Under the pieces are notes generated by a model, which was not told the DNA's origin, searched no databases, and saw nothing but the letters and a program-made list of their open reading frames with translations. A stretch of 64,000 nucleotides of DNA from an uncultured virus (IMG/VR IMGVR_UViG_3300023178_004374) (taxonomy: Duplodnaviria; Heunggongvirae; Uroviricota; Caudoviricetes), in the IMG/VR virus record IMGVR_UViG_3300023178_004374; one strand, written 5' to 3'. This document shows positions 1-9,551 of the stretch, piece by piece. Position numbers and translations under genes: made by a program. Numbering within the stretch: the first letter of the stretch is position 1; the number at the start of each line of letters is the position of its first letter.

Positions 1-391
1 GAGCATCAAAATGAGGATGAACTCCTGCTTGAGACTCATCATGAGGATAATTTTGAACAATATATCGATTTGTATCTTGCCATCCCCAATCCCATCCATC
101 AAAAGCTAGATCACAGATCTCAGATAACACTGGTAAAATTTTTTCATTGATAATTGGATTATCTAAAGGTGTATGAGACCAGAAATATGACCATTCAATA
201 TCATTTAATATATTAACTCCGTTGTCACGTTCTTCATGCAAACGTAAGTAATTATACCATCCTTGTTTTGATTGACCAATAGAAGGGTCTAATTTACTAG
301 CCATTTCATTAAGAGATGTAATGTCTTCTTCGTTAAATAATTTATCAGAAATAACATATCCTCTATCGTGAAATATATTCCAATCTATCAT
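1..391 (-). CDS. Phytanoyl-CoA dioxygenase (PhyH)-like 2OG-Fe(II) oxygenase, partial (runs off window)
   Basis: Manual translation MIDWNIFHDRGYVISDKLF...GVHPHFDA; F-x3-GYV N-terminus and HxD motif; ATG overlaps upstream stop (TAATG). Confidence 0.65.
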   Translation of the reverse strand, partial: MIDWNIFHDRGYVISDKLFNEEDITSLNEMASKLDPSIGQSKQGWYNYLRLHEERDNGVNILNDIEWSYFWSHTPLDNPIINEKILPVLSEICDLAFDGWDWGWQDTNRYIVQNYPHDESQAGVHPHFDA

Positions 392-735
392 TAATTTCTC
401 CGCATTTGAGCAGCATCAATAAATGCTTTTTTATTGTCTTTACGAACTGGCATAAGATTAGATTTGTGTGTAACAACAATACCAGCAATCTCATCACCTG
501 TATATTTTTGAGCGTCACGTTTTGTGCCGTTGCCGCATATAACATCTGAAGTTGGAAGTGACTGACGATTTGAACTATAATCAGGCATAGGAGCTCGATA
601 ATTAGATTTTTTGCCAGTCACACCCATTTTCTTTAGAAATTCTTCATGCTCTTGTTGAGCTTTTTTCCAACCAGGTTTACGTTTAATTTTTGATTTACCG
701 TGGACTTGCACACCACGAATCATATGCATACTCAT
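391..735 (-). CDS. Basic hypothetical phage protein
   Basis: 114 aa ORF in tightly overlapping operon. Confidence 0.7.
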   Translation of the reverse strand: MSMHMIRGVQVHGKSKIKRKPGWKKAQQEHEEFLKKMGVTGKKSNYRAPMPDYSSNRQSLPTSDVICGNGTKRDAQKYTGDEIAGIVVTHKSNLMPVRKDNKKAFIDAAQMRRN

Positions 736-920
736 TGGTACACTCCATATATTCTTAGCTTTACATTTCTAATGTGACTACATGCTTTACGTGGTTTCTT
801 TTGACATGTACAACTAAAGCCTTCGTCATGCATAGTAACAGTGCCTTTAGCAAAAGGCCATTCAGTACCAACCATCCAATGATTTTGAGTGTTGATAAGA
901 CTAGCAGGGAAAATATTCAT
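732..920 (-). CDS. Small SWIM-type zinc-finger protein
   Basis: FSCTC...ACSHI motif; AGGAG RBS before MNIFPASL at 920. Confidence 0.6.
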   Translation of the reverse strand: MNIFPASLINTQNHWMVGTEWPFAKGTVTMHDEGFSCTCQKKPRKACSHIRNVKLRIYGVYQ

Positions 921-1005
921 AACATAACTCCTATTAGAACTAAAGGGATTACTACTATTGCAACGAGTAGTCCAATGTGGACATATCGCCAAAGAAGATC
1001 ATGCC

Positions 1006-1212
1006 TCATTCTGTGTACTCTCTTGGTACGGCAGAGGCATCCCATACATATTGTCTATGAGTTGGATCACCAATTACAACAGTGTCGCTATCTGCAACCT
1101 CAGTCCAGACACGATCATCCATCCACCTGTGGTAATAGGCTGGACCACCGAATACACGTCTAGCACGCTGATAAGTATCGTAATCCATTCCTACATAGTG
1201 TATAGTTTTCAT
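1006..1212 (-). CDS. Hypothetical protein, probably leaderless mRNA
   Basis: ATG 7 nt after the -10 box of promoter 1220-1248. Confidence 0.6.
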   Translation of the reverse strand: MKTIHYVGMDYDTYQRARRVFGGPAYYHRWMDDRVWTEVADSDTVVIGDPTHRQYVWDASAVPREYTE

Positions 1213-1219
1213 AACCATT

Positions 1220-1248
1220 ATTCTACCACAGTGCGTTAAGATTGTACA
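1220..1248 (-). promoter_or_regulatory. Early promoter
   Basis: TGTACA-N17-TAGAAT with TGG extended -10. Confidence 0.75.
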
Positions 1249-1514
1249 CCATTATTTTTGTAGTATGTATCATAAATCCATTTTATTTTTTGCCTTTCAG
1301 GATGAAGGCGGATCCACATACCGGTGTCAGGATTAAAATGTTTTCTGAAAAAATTATCCATTTTTCTATTGCCAGTTTTTTCAGCAGGATTAATAGTCTT
1401 GGATAATTCATCAAACTCATGATCGCCCATAATAGGATTGTCTTCCATTTCATAAGCATAAGCTGCAACGGAAAGACGAATCCTATTACGAATTTCTGGA
1501 TTAATCCCAGTCAT
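1236..1514 (-). CDS. Stand-alone protein resembling domain Ia of NAD+-dependent DNA ligase
   Basis: AYAYEMEDNPIMGDHEFDEL resembles LigA YY..D.P.ISDAEYD.L; start MTGINPE at 1514. Confidence 0.55.
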   Translation of the reverse strand: MTGINPEIRNRIRLSVAAYAYEMEDNPIMGDHEFDELSKTINPAEKTGNRKMDNFFRKHFNPDTGMWIRLHPERQKIKWIYDTYYKNNGVQS

Positions 1515-1746
1515 TGTCAAACCTTGTAGTTTCATACATGGTTTCGCCATAATATTCTTTGGCGTATTTAGATGCATCAGTCCACTGATACATGTTAGAC
1601 TCTTTAGGGATGTCCATAAAAGAACGATCAACTTTAGGAGCTCGTATCTTGCGAGTTTTAGATTTGACCGCTGCAAGTTTTTTGCGGCGGTTAGCGACTT
1701 TCTTGATCAAAGCAAGACGTTCTGATTGAGTAGTTGCATATTCCAT
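1501..1746 (-). CDS. Hypothetical protein
   Basis: 81 aa, AGGAG RBS. Confidence 0.7.
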   Translation of the reverse strand: MEYATTQSERLALIKKVANRRKKLAAVKSKTRKIRAPKVDRSFMDIPKESNMYQWTDASKYAKEYYGETMYETTRFDNDWD

Positions 1747-1757
1747 AATATATCTCC

Positions 1758-1961
1758 TTAAGCGGCGTTGATTGCTGCGCAGATTTCGACAGCATTTTCA
1801 CGGATAAATTCGGCTTCGGCTTTTTCAGCCTCCGCCTCAAGGTCAAGTTTAAGCTGACCGATTTCAAGAAGCAAGCGTTCCTTAGACCAAGCCATATTGT
1901 TGGCTTGTAATTGAATGTTAGCTAAACGTTCGCTGATAGTCAGTGTAGTAATTAAATCCAT
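1758..1961 (-). CDS. Hypothetical early protein
   Basis: GGAGG RBS before MDLITT; downstream of promoter 1987-2015. Confidence 0.65.
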   Translation of the reverse strand: MDLITTLTISERLANIQLQANNMAWSKERLLLEIGQLKLDLEAEAEKAEAEFIRENAVEICAAINAA

Positions 1962-1986
1962 GTAGACCTCCATAATTTCTAGAACC

Positions 1987-2046
1987 AATCTACCATAGTT
2001 TAAACCGATTGTACACCTTTTTGTTTCGTTTAAAATCAAACACTTA
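1987..2046 (-). promoter_or_regulatory. Early promoter with upstream IHF box
   Basis: TGTACA-N17-TAGATT (1987-2015); AATCAA-ACAC-TTA at 2034-2046 matches WATCAANNNNTTR. Confidence 0.8.
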
Positions 2047-2275
2047 CGTTTTTTTTCTCTAAGACATATGTGCCATCACCAAGCTTCCAAGCTTCCATTA
2101 GCTTTAAATACATCTCAGCTTTTAAGGTAACTACATCAAATAGTTTAGTCTTTTCATTCCATTGTCTGATATGACAATAGTCATCGTACAAAAGAGCCTG
2201 AACATCTTCAAGCTCTCCTGTATCATCCATAATTGTGATAGCAGTTTCATCCATGTCAGTTTCAATAGTAAACAT
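2036..2275 (-). CDS. Hypothetical protein
   Basis: 79 aa; stop lies within the promoter cassette. Confidence 0.65.
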   Translation of the reverse strand: MFTIETDMDETAITIMDDTGELEDVQALLYDDYCHIRQWNEKTKLFDVVTLKAEMYLKLMEAWKLGDGTYVLEKKNVSV

Positions 2276-2566
2276 TAGATAAAGTCCTTTCCATAAATAC
2301 CTACATAATATTTATGGATGAGTGCTTCTCCGTTTACTAATCGCTCTTGCAATTCTTCAACGGAAATGCTATGAAAAGCTGCTGCTTTTTCATATAGTTT
2401 AGTTGTCCAACTCATCTACAATTTCCATTCCAGAGTCAGAGGATTGGGCCCAGCCTTTTTCATAGGCATAAGCATTTAGTAGAGCTTGCTTTTGGATGTC
2501 AAACAAATTGTTATCTTTCACCCATTGATTGAAATCTTTTTCAATCTCATCTTGAAGATCATACAT

Positions 2567-2788
2567 TTAATATTCCTTTTTATCACCTTCTTTTTCATTA
2601 TACATGTAGCCAGCATAATATGCTTTAATTTCATCTACACTCATTTCACCTTCATCTACGCGATCACTTTGATAAGTTGACCCAATATAAAAGTGAGGAT
2701 CAGGACCACGACGATAATACGAATCAGCCGATCCGCGATCAAAAGGGCCTCCATGGCGGTCATCATAAGTTACTCCTTCCCATTCCAT
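2567..2788 (-). CDS. Small hypothetical phage protein (HGGPFDRGSADSYY motif)
   Basis: 73 aa, operonic overlap. Confidence 0.7.
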   Translation of the reverse strand: MEWEGVTYDDRHGGPFDRGSADSYYRRGPDPHFYIGSTYQSDRVDEGEMSVDEIKAYYAGYMYNEKEGDKKEY

Positions 2789-3144
2789 TACTTTATCCCC
2801 TGTTCACGAGCCGCAGCGATAATGATCGGAGTCAGGACCTCCTCGACTCGGTCTTCCCAGTGACCCCACTGGGATCGACTAGCATAGTTAGTGCAGCGCT
2901 GAGTCGGAGCAAATCCATAGATCTGGTTGAAGAGACCACGCTTATTGCAAAGACCATTGTTAAAAAGATCGTAAGCTGCATTTTGAGCTCTACGGAACTT
3001 GTCAAGTGCCTTGTTCTTGGTCCGTGGATTTTCACAAGCACCAGACAATGGAATCAACTCGTTAAGTTGATCTCTAAGAGTTTCGAAACCAGAGTTTACA
3101 CCCCATGAGTTACTAAACAATTTTTCTTGATAACCTTTGTACAT
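2788..3144 (-). CDS. Hypothetical early protein
   Basis: 118 aa, GGAGG RBS. Confidence 0.7.
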   Translation of the reverse strand: MYKGYQEKLFSNSWGVNSGFETLRDQLNELIPLSGACENPRTKNKALDKFRRAQNAAYDLFNNGLCNKRGLFNQIYGFAPTQRCTNYASRSQWGHWEDRVEEVLTPIIIAAAREQGIK

Positions 3145-3461
3145 TACGCTACCTCCTTAAAACCAGCGATTGCAACTTTGTAAGTTACACCATCAACGAT
3201 CATACGATCACCCATCATTGAAGAACGAAGACCTAAACCATCTTCACGCTCAACCAAAACTTCAACATCGTCATTTGCGTCACCGCCAATTTTTTTAGAC
3301 CAGCTACCCATTACGTTATTTGTATAACGCCATGCATATTCAAGCTGTTCATTAACACCGTGGTTAATGAAATCAGTGACATCAACTTTAGCAACGTCAG
3401 TGAAACCAATCACTTCGCCAGTATCGTTGTCGAATTCTTGATGTTGAACTAAGATTTGCAT
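3144..3461 (-). CDS. Hypothetical early protein (YodL-like RSSxxGD motif)
   Basis: GLRSSMMGD motif; first gene after promoter 3495-3523. Confidence 0.55.
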   Translation of the reverse strand: MQILVQHQEFDNDTGEVIGFTDVAKVDVTDFINHGVNEQLEYAWRYTNNVMGSWSKKIGGDANDDVEVLVEREDGLGLRSSMMGDRMIVDGVTYKVAIAGFKEVA

Positions 3462-3494
3462 TTTTTTCTCCAGTTTTTTTTACCTTATATAACT

Positions 3495-3564
3495 AATCTA
3501 CACTATTTTCACAGTAATGTAAAGGAAAAAGTGCAATTAAAAACTGATAGAAATCAATCGCTTA
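3495..3564 (-). promoter_or_regulatory. Early promoter with upstream IHF box
   Basis: TTTACA-N17-TAGATT; AATCAA-TCGC-TTA at 3552-3564. Confidence 0.75.
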
Positions 3565-3574
3565 CGTTTTTTTT

Positions 3575-3838
3575 TCAGCTGCCGCTATAAATTTTTTGCA
3601 AATGTGTCTCAAATTCTTCTACTTTTGCTAACCGATTCGGCCATAAAATGTATTCTTTTTCTGGATTCTTTTTTAGGTTATTAAGAAGAGGTGTAACAGC
3701 ATTGTATAATTTATCAAGTCTATCTTGATAAGATGTGGCAGTAGCTGCAGTTTCTGTAGCAGCTGTTGTTGCTTTTTGAACTGCTTCTAATTCTGTTTCA
3801 TCAACAGCGGTGAAACCAAAATCAAATATGTCTTCCAT
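3575..3838 (-). CDS. Hypothetical protein
   Basis: 87 aa ORF (FDFGFTAVD...KEYILWPNR). Confidence 0.7.
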   Translation of the reverse strand: MEDIFDFGFTAVDETELEAVQKATTAATETAATATSYQDRLDKLYNAVTPLLNNLKKNPEKEYILWPNRLAKVEEFETHLQKIYSGS

Positions 3839-3918
3839 TTTACTCGTCCTGTTCGTAAATAAACACGTGAGTTTTTTCTTCGTGTTTCGGCTTGAAAAAT
3901 TTCATTCTAATTTTGTAT

Positions 3919-4869
3919 TTAATGATTGAATAATGCATTAAAATCTTTAAATATAAGGCTCGCAATATACTCATGTCCTTCTTTATTTGGGTGTTGATCT
4001 CCAGGATCAGGTTTACCAGTAGATGGGATCACAACATTAGAACAATGAAAAGAATGACAGTGTTTCCATTTCCTAGTCAGACAATTCGAATTCCATCTTA
4101 ATGAATTTTCTAATCCTATTTCCTTTTCAGTATGAAATTTACAGTTTGCATCAAAATAACTTTCAATAGTATTTATTCTATTTTTTAAGTTATTACACTC
4201 ATAACCTATGTGCTTTTTGGATTCTTCATAATCTTCTGGATTTAGACTACCACCCCACCAAGGAGATAGAACTTGACAAAGAAGAAGTTTTATTTCATTT
4301 ACACGGCAATAAAGAATTAAATATTCTAAATAATCTAAATTCAGTTCTATTGCTCCTCGATAGTATTTTCTTGCTTGCTTTCCTTCCATAAATCCAAAAA
4401 TAGTAGACGCAGTGGCGGATTTTAGTTTATGCCCTTGATATCTTGATTGTTGATAGTCAATGATAATTTCTTCAAGCTCATCAAATGATTCTGGATCATC
4501 ATAAAATCCTCGTTGACTTAAATGGCTAACAAGCGAACAAGTTATAGCATTACCATAATAATCTACAAATCTTGTCCATTCAGTAAGACCTATGACTATT
4601 GCTTCTGGTTTTTCATGAGTTTCAAGATAAGTAAATATATTTCTAATAGCTTGTTGATTGCTATCTCCAGACACAGCAACATTAACACATTCATGATTAC
4701 TGCCTGTCTTTTTATTAAGCTGATTTGTTAAAATTTCAGGCCAGGCTGGAAAGAGGTTTAAACCTCTGTGATAATCATGTAATAAATTTTCTTCAGGCGT
4801 TCTTATAAATTGGTGCCAGTAATATGATTCTGCGGTGAAACTACAACCACTAAATAAAACATAAGTCAT
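3919..4869 (-). CDS. SGNH-hydrolase-like protein (GCSFT family)
   Basis: GCSFT block I, G-D-S-N, C-terminal DQHP..GH. Confidence 0.6.
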   Translation of the reverse strand: MTYVLFSGCSFTAESYYWHQFIRTPEENLLHDYHRGLNLFPAWPEILTNQLNKKTGSNHECVNVAVSGDSNQQAIRNIFTYLETHEKPEAIVIGLTEWTRFVDYYGNAITCSLVSHLSQRGFYDDPESFDELEEIIIDYQQSRYQGHKLKSATASTIFGFMEGKQARKYYRGAIELNLDYLEYLILYCRVNEIKLLLCQVLSPWWGGSLNPEDYEESKKHIGYECNNLKNRINTIESYFDANCKFHTEKEIGLENSLRWNSNCLTRKWKHCHSFHCSNVVIPSTGKPDPGDQHPNKEGHEYIASLIFKDFNALFNH

Positions 4870-5699
4870 CCGTATAACTCTACATATTTGCTATGAAATT
4901 GCTCAGCTAAAAGTTTTTGGCCATAAGCGCTTGGATGTGGATCTATAGGATTTATTCTATTTTTTGGAATAGGCGAAAATTCTGGATGATGATCTGTCAT
5001 TGTTATACCACCAAGCTCAGGAAGACAAGGCCAACCCATAAATGTTTTCTTATTAATTAAATGAAACTCTGGTTGTCCAACTAAGCAACTTAAAACTTCT
5101 TTCCAATCCAAATCAGGATTAACTAATTTCCATTGATCTAACTGATGAGAAGTAAACCCTTGACCCATAATATATTTCACATTTAATTCTTCACATAATT
5201 TTTGAAGTGTGTATATTTCTCTAAGATACTTTTTAAATAAATCTACAACAGTATACGGATCTCTTATAACAAATTTCATTAATTTTGTAGAAGCTTTAAA
5301 TCTATCACCAAAAATATTTGGAAAGCCATTAAAATCATCTTCTTCCCATTCAGGTCTTCCATATTTACGATATTCTTCATTTAACCAGACTGAAGGATTA
5401 AAATAATTCATATCATAAACCCACATTCTAGTTAATTGTGACCATTGAATACAAACTAATTCTATATTCTTATAATTGTCAAGAATAAATTTTATGCTGT
5501 CTTGCATAATGTAATCATTACCATGCCCACCACGACCGTGATTGACAACCTTTAAATTCATTTTATTTCCTAAGATTTCAGGCCACATTGGATGTGGTCC
5601 TGTTGGATAATCTTTCATATAATTTGCTTCTGTAATTGTCCAACCTTCTTGTGTAAAACTACAACCAGAAGCAAATAATATTTTAGAAGACTTTAACAT
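4866..5699 (-). CDS. SGNH-hydrolase-like protein (GCSFT family)
   Basis: GCSFT, NHGRGGHGND, DPHPSAYGQ. Confidence 0.6.
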   Translation of the reverse strand: MLKSSKILFASGCSFTQEGWTITEANYMKDYPTGPHPMWPEILGNKMNLKVVNHGRGGHGNDYIMQDSIKFILDNYKNIELVCIQWSQLTRMWVYDMNYFNPSVWLNEEYRKYGRPEWEEDDFNGFPNIFGDRFKASTKLMKFVIRDPYTVVDLFKKYLREIYTLQKLCEELNVKYIMGQGFTSHQLDQWKLVNPDLDWKEVLSCLVGQPEFHLINKKTFMGWPCLPELGGITMTDHHPEFSPIPKNRINPIDPHPSAYGQKLLAEQFHSKYVELYG

Positions 5700-7044
5700 T
5701 ATAATGCTCCTCGAATTGTTTCGCGTGTTCCCATGTATCTACCATAGGCTGTCCTTTAATATTAAGACTTGTATTTAATAACATAGGAACACCTGTTTTA
5801 TCCATCCATTCTTCTAAAATAATTCTTAGTGGTGACATACAATTCTTTCTTACAATTTGTACTCTTGCTGTACCGTCTACATGTGTTACTGAAGAATAAT
5901 CATGTTTAGCTTTTGCTACAAACTGCATATACTCATTCATCGGTCCTTCAAAATATTCGTCAGCATATTCTTCCATGATTGCGGGTGCAAAGGGTCGAAA
6001 CTTTTGTCGACGTTTAATTTGGTTAACTGTGTCTTTAATATCTCGTCTAGGATCAGCAAGCAAGCTACGATTGCCAAGAGCGCGAGGGCCAAACTCTGCA
6101 CGACCGTTTGCAACACCGCAATAAGAATGCTTAAGCAAATGTTCAACAACTTCTGTAGGATTGATTTCTCTTCGTATGTCTGTACCAAGATATGGGTGCC
6201 TCCATTTTAATTTTTTACCATATGCTAATGCTGCAGCGCCAAGAGAGGATCCACAGTCACCAGGATTAGGCATAATCCACATATTTTTTCCACGTTCAGC
6301 TATCTTAGTATTTAAAACACAATTAAGAGCCACACCTCCCATAAACACTAAATTTTTATGAGAACAATATTTGTCTATTATATGTAATATTTCTCTTTCA
6401 ATGCAAAATTGGGCAGAGGCTGCAAGATCTTCATCTTTTGCTTCTGGAATTGCATTGCCAATACCTTTATGGCAGTTAGATTCCATATAAGGTTGCAAGG
6501 CTGTGACATGTTTAGGAGAACCATAAGCTGCCATACCCATTGTAATATATTCATCTTCTTGCGGTTTAAGTCCAATTCTTTGTGTTACCGCAGAATAAAA
6601 AAGACCAAGAGAATATGGATACTTCCAACTCTTGGTCTTTTTCATTTTTGGTATATCGCCATCCATCCAGGCTTTCCAGATAGAAATAGTATCCCATTCA
6701 CCAATGGCATCAACTACTAAAATATCGCATTCATCAAATGTCGATGTATAGAATCCAGCTGCGGCATGAGACATATGATGAGGAAAACAAATATCATATT
6801 TTGTATGAGTTTTCTTCCAGCCTTGTCCAGCATAAAACTGCCGAGTCTTTTTTAGCCAAGGTTTTTCATAAAAAGCAACTAAGTCTGCTCTGCAAATATC
6901 TGTTGCAGAGTTATCAGATAACCATCTATCATTTTTTTTACGAGTAAATCTTTCAGAATGCTCAGCCTTAATAATTCTTCCATTTTTAATCACGCAATGG
7001 CCGGCATCGTGAAATCCCTCACTTATGCCAACAATTAATGTCAT
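5683..7044 (-). CDS. Carbamoyltransferase (NodU/CmcH family)
   Basis: FHDAG, HHMSHAA, GGVALNC, EFGPRALGNRS, FRPFAP, HVDGTARVQ, LNTSLN. Confidence 0.92.
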   Translation of the reverse strand: MTLIVGISEGFHDAGHCVIKNGRIIKAEHSERFTRKKNDRWLSDNSATDICRADLVAFYEKPWLKKTRQFYAGQGWKKTHTKYDICFPHHMSHAAAGFYTSTFDECDILVVDAIGEWDTISIWKAWMDGDIPKMKKTKSWKYPYSLGLFYSAVTQRIGLKPQEDEYITMGMAAYGSPKHVTALQPYMESNCHKGIGNAIPEAKDEDLAASAQFCIEREILHIIDKYCSHKNLVFMGGVALNCVLNTKIAERGKNMWIMPNPGDCGSSLGAAALAYGKKLKWRHPYLGTDIRREINPTEVVEHLLKHSYCGVANGRAEFGPRALGNRSLLADPRRDIKDTVNQIKRRQKFRPFAPAIMEEYADEYFEGPMNEYMQFVAKAKHDYSSVTHVDGTARVQIVRKNCMSPLRIILEEWMDKTGVPMLLNTSLNIKGQPMVDTWEHAKQFEEHYNVKVF

Positions 7045-7448
7045 GATGAATTTGTATACTTTTCAAAGAATTCTTTTTTCTCTTCTTCATCTACAGGAAC
7101 TTCACAAAACGTAACACAAATTTCATTACGTGTTTCTTCTTCTTCCCATGACTCAGGCAGCCATTCTGTAAACCAAGGGTGATTTACAATTTCTTCCATT
7201 GGTTTATTAAATACGTTTAAATCGTCTTTATGCTCTATGTATTTTCTCATAATCGCATCAGACTTTTCTTTCCAAAACCAATTGCCCCATTCTTCAGATT
7301 TTTCTTCCATAGTAGCAAATGCTGCACCATGCTGATCAGCTTTATATGTCTTATTGGCAAGATAACAGCAAGGAAAAACTTGGCCATCAGGATTAATTAA
7401 AATTTTTCCTTCATTTTGCCAACTACATTCAATACAAGTTGTCTTCAT
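7041..7448 (-). CDS. Stand-alone SPASM/twitch Fe-S domain protein
   Basis: C..INPDGQVFPCC...CVTFC. Confidence 0.7.
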   Translation of the reverse strand: MKTTCIECSWQNEGKILINPDGQVFPCCYLANKTYKADQHGAAFATMEEKSEEWGNWFWKEKSDAIMRKYIEHKDDLNVFNKPMEEIVNHPWFTEWLPESWEEEETRNEICVTFCEVPVDEEEKKEFFEKYTNSS

Positions 7449-8277
7449 CTTCAAATTCCTCTATTTCATCTACGCCCTCTTGTGCTTCTTTAAACCAGGC
7501 TTGTTTTTCTACTCTTGTTTTCCAATCCGCTTGAGGTGGTCTAACAGGATTAGGTTTATAATAGTCACCACCAGCTTGTTCTAATGTAGCATCATTACCA
7601 TGTTCATCTTTAAAATGGAAAATAGGACCATTATAAAAACGATTTGATTCTGTAAACCAGGCTTCGGTTGCACCATAAGACATTGCTAAATCTTTAATTT
7701 CTTGCAAATAGTTTTGATTATGTTTATGAACAACCACCATAGCTGTTGCATAACCACCACCTTCAACAAAAGCTTGCATATTTCCTAGCACTTTATTTAA
7801 GTGAGTTTTTCTACGATACGCTTGATGCATTTCTTGATTGATGCCTTCGATTGCCCAATCAACTCTAATAGGTCTTACACCTTCATCTATTGGCATAAGT
7901 TTAGATAATTCACCAAGTTTTCTCCACCAGGCTTTAGACCTAATACTACCATTTGTATCAATGCTTAATTTAACATTAGGACGATGTGTAATAATATATT
8001 CTGCAATTTCATATAGATCTTTACACATTGCAGGGTCTCCCCACGTTCCACAAATATCCCACTCTTTTACTCTTTTAATAAACTCAGGAGGATAAACCTT
8101 TTTAAATTGTGCAAAGGTCCAACTAACAAGAGGAAGCCATTCTTGCTTTCCTAGGCCTCCACCTTCCCAATCTGTTCTGTGACATTCGGGACATCCTGCA
8201 TTACAGTTTGTACATATATCTAACCACATCCACAAATTATTGTCGTCATAGAAATCTTTATATCTTTTATTTGTCAT
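7429..8277 (-). CDS. Radical SAM protein
   Basis: CNAGCPEC (CxxxCxxC), GTWGDP, TNGS. Confidence 0.85.
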   Translation of the reverse strand: MTNKRYKDFYDDNNLWMWLDICTNCNAGCPECHRTDWEGGGLGKQEWLPLVSWTFAQFKKVYPPEFIKRVKEWDICGTWGDPAMCKDLYEIAEYIITHRPNVKLSIDTNGSIRSKAWWRKLGELSKLMPIDEGVRPIRVDWAIEGINQEMHQAYRRKTHLNKVLGNMQAFVEGGGYATAMVVVHKHNQNYLQEIKDLAMSYGATEAWFTESNRFYNGPIFHFKDEHGNDATLEQAGGDYYKPNPVRPPQADWKTRVEKQAWFKEAQEGVDEIEEFEDEDNLY

Positions 8278-8362
8278 TTTCTTTCCGCTCTTGTCTCAAT
8301 TTCCAAAGCATCCATTCATAATACCGTATTGGTTCTGGATCTTCATCGTTACTATCAACCAT
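8267..8362 (-). CDS. Small hypothetical protein (31 aa, MVDSNDEDPEPIRYYEWMLWK...)
   Basis: Manual translation; GAGG RBS; fills the gap between genes. Confidence 0.5.
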   Translation of the reverse strand: MVDSNDEDPEPIRYYEWMLWKLRQERKENDK

Positions 8363-8377
8363 ATGTTACCTCTATAT

Positions 8378-9019
8378 CTATAACTGATTTTTATGTGCTA
8401 GTTCAAGTAAATCGTAGTCTTCAGCGTAATAATCTTTTAACTTATCTACAAATATAGGATCAGTCATGAACTCATCCATAATACGATATTTCATTTTCTT
8501 CTTAAATTCACTATCTTCAGTATAATTTACATTTATATCAAAATCATAATCTGGAAATGCTTTTTTTAATTTTAATTTAATATCTTTATCGTCCATTATA
8601 ATAAAAGTTGTACCATTATATAAGTCTAAATATCTTGCCCATACCCATTGCGGTAAGTGGTGAAGATCAGGCTGTGCGTGCATATCATACCATTCTCTTA
8701 AATTTTTTTGTGCAAAAAAATCTCCCTCTGATTTATGTTTATGAAAATGCCATGCTAATTCTACTGAAGATCCAACCCATCTCTGGATCGGATCTCTAAC
8801 AATTAAATATTTGTGAGTTTTATTAACATTAAAGTTTGATGAATTAATTGGTTGCCATTTTCCATCATTTTTATGACGATTAGTTAATCCATGAATTGTA
8901 GTTTGTGATGCATTTTTTGGAATATCTAACCAAAATCTAGTTTTGTCTGGATGAACTAAACCATTCCCGATTTTTCCTATGCCCCATCTATTTAAATCAC
9001 CACTTAATTTAAATACCAT
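8378..9019 (-). CDS. Sulfotransferase-family protein
   Basis: IPKNASQT (5'-PSB), VRDPIQRW (3'-PB), YAEDY. Confidence 0.7.
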   Translation of the reverse strand: MVFKLSGDLNRWGIGKIGNGLVHPDKTRFWLDIPKNASQTTIHGLTNRHKNDGKWQPINSSNFNVNKTHKYLIVRDPIQRWVGSSVELAWHFHKHKSEGDFFAQKNLREWYDMHAQPDLHHLPQWVWARYLDLYNGTTFIIMDDKDIKLKLKKAFPDYDFDINVNYTEDSEFKKKMKYRIMDEFMTDPIFVDKLKDYYAEDYDLLELAHKNQL

Positions 9020-9489
9020 TAGTGGCCTACATCAACGTGAATAGTATGGCCTACGTAGTGTTTCTTTTCTGTAAAGAAATATCCACGCTTTCCTTTATAT
9101 TTCCAATGGACGACATACATATTGATTTCACGTTTAACAGGTTCAACTACAATTTCACATTTAGTTTCGTACCCATGACCTACATGTTTTCTTTTATTAC
9201 CTTCAATACCTGCACCAAGTACAGCACCTACAGCAGCACCTCCATCATCACCTGTGATGATTTTACCAAGGATTCCACCAATAATTAGGCCTCCAAGAAC
9301 ATCGCCGCTTGGTGTAGTATATTCAATTCTTTCACGTGTACAAACTTCTTTTTCAACATAAACATTTTCGTAAACTCTTTCTGTTTCAACAAACACAACT
9401 TTTGCTGGACGAGTTGCAGCTTGAGCGCATGTAGCAAATGTTGTGCTACCAATGCCAATCAATGCAATTGCGAGAATAAGTTTTTTCAT
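9019..9489 (-). CDS. Secreted glycine-zipper 2TM protein
   Basis: Signal peptide; GGLIIGGILG...GAAVGAVLGA. Confidence 0.7.
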   Translation of the reverse strand: MKKLILAIALIGIGSTTFATCAQAATRPAKVVFVETERVYENVYVEKEVCTRERIEYTTPSGDVLGGLIIGGILGKIITGDDGGAAVGAVLGAGIEGNKRKHVGHGYETKCEIVVEPVKREINMYVVHWKYKGKRGYFFTEKKHYVGHTIHVDVGH

Positions 9490-9515
9490 AGTCTGACTCC
9501 TTAAAGATTTTATAT

Positions 9516-9544
9516 ATACTACCATAGTTCTATTCAAATGTACA
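9516..9544 (-). promoter_or_regulatory. Early promoter
   Basis: TGTACA-N17-TAGTAT. Confidence 0.7.
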
Positions 9545-9551
9545 CCATAAA

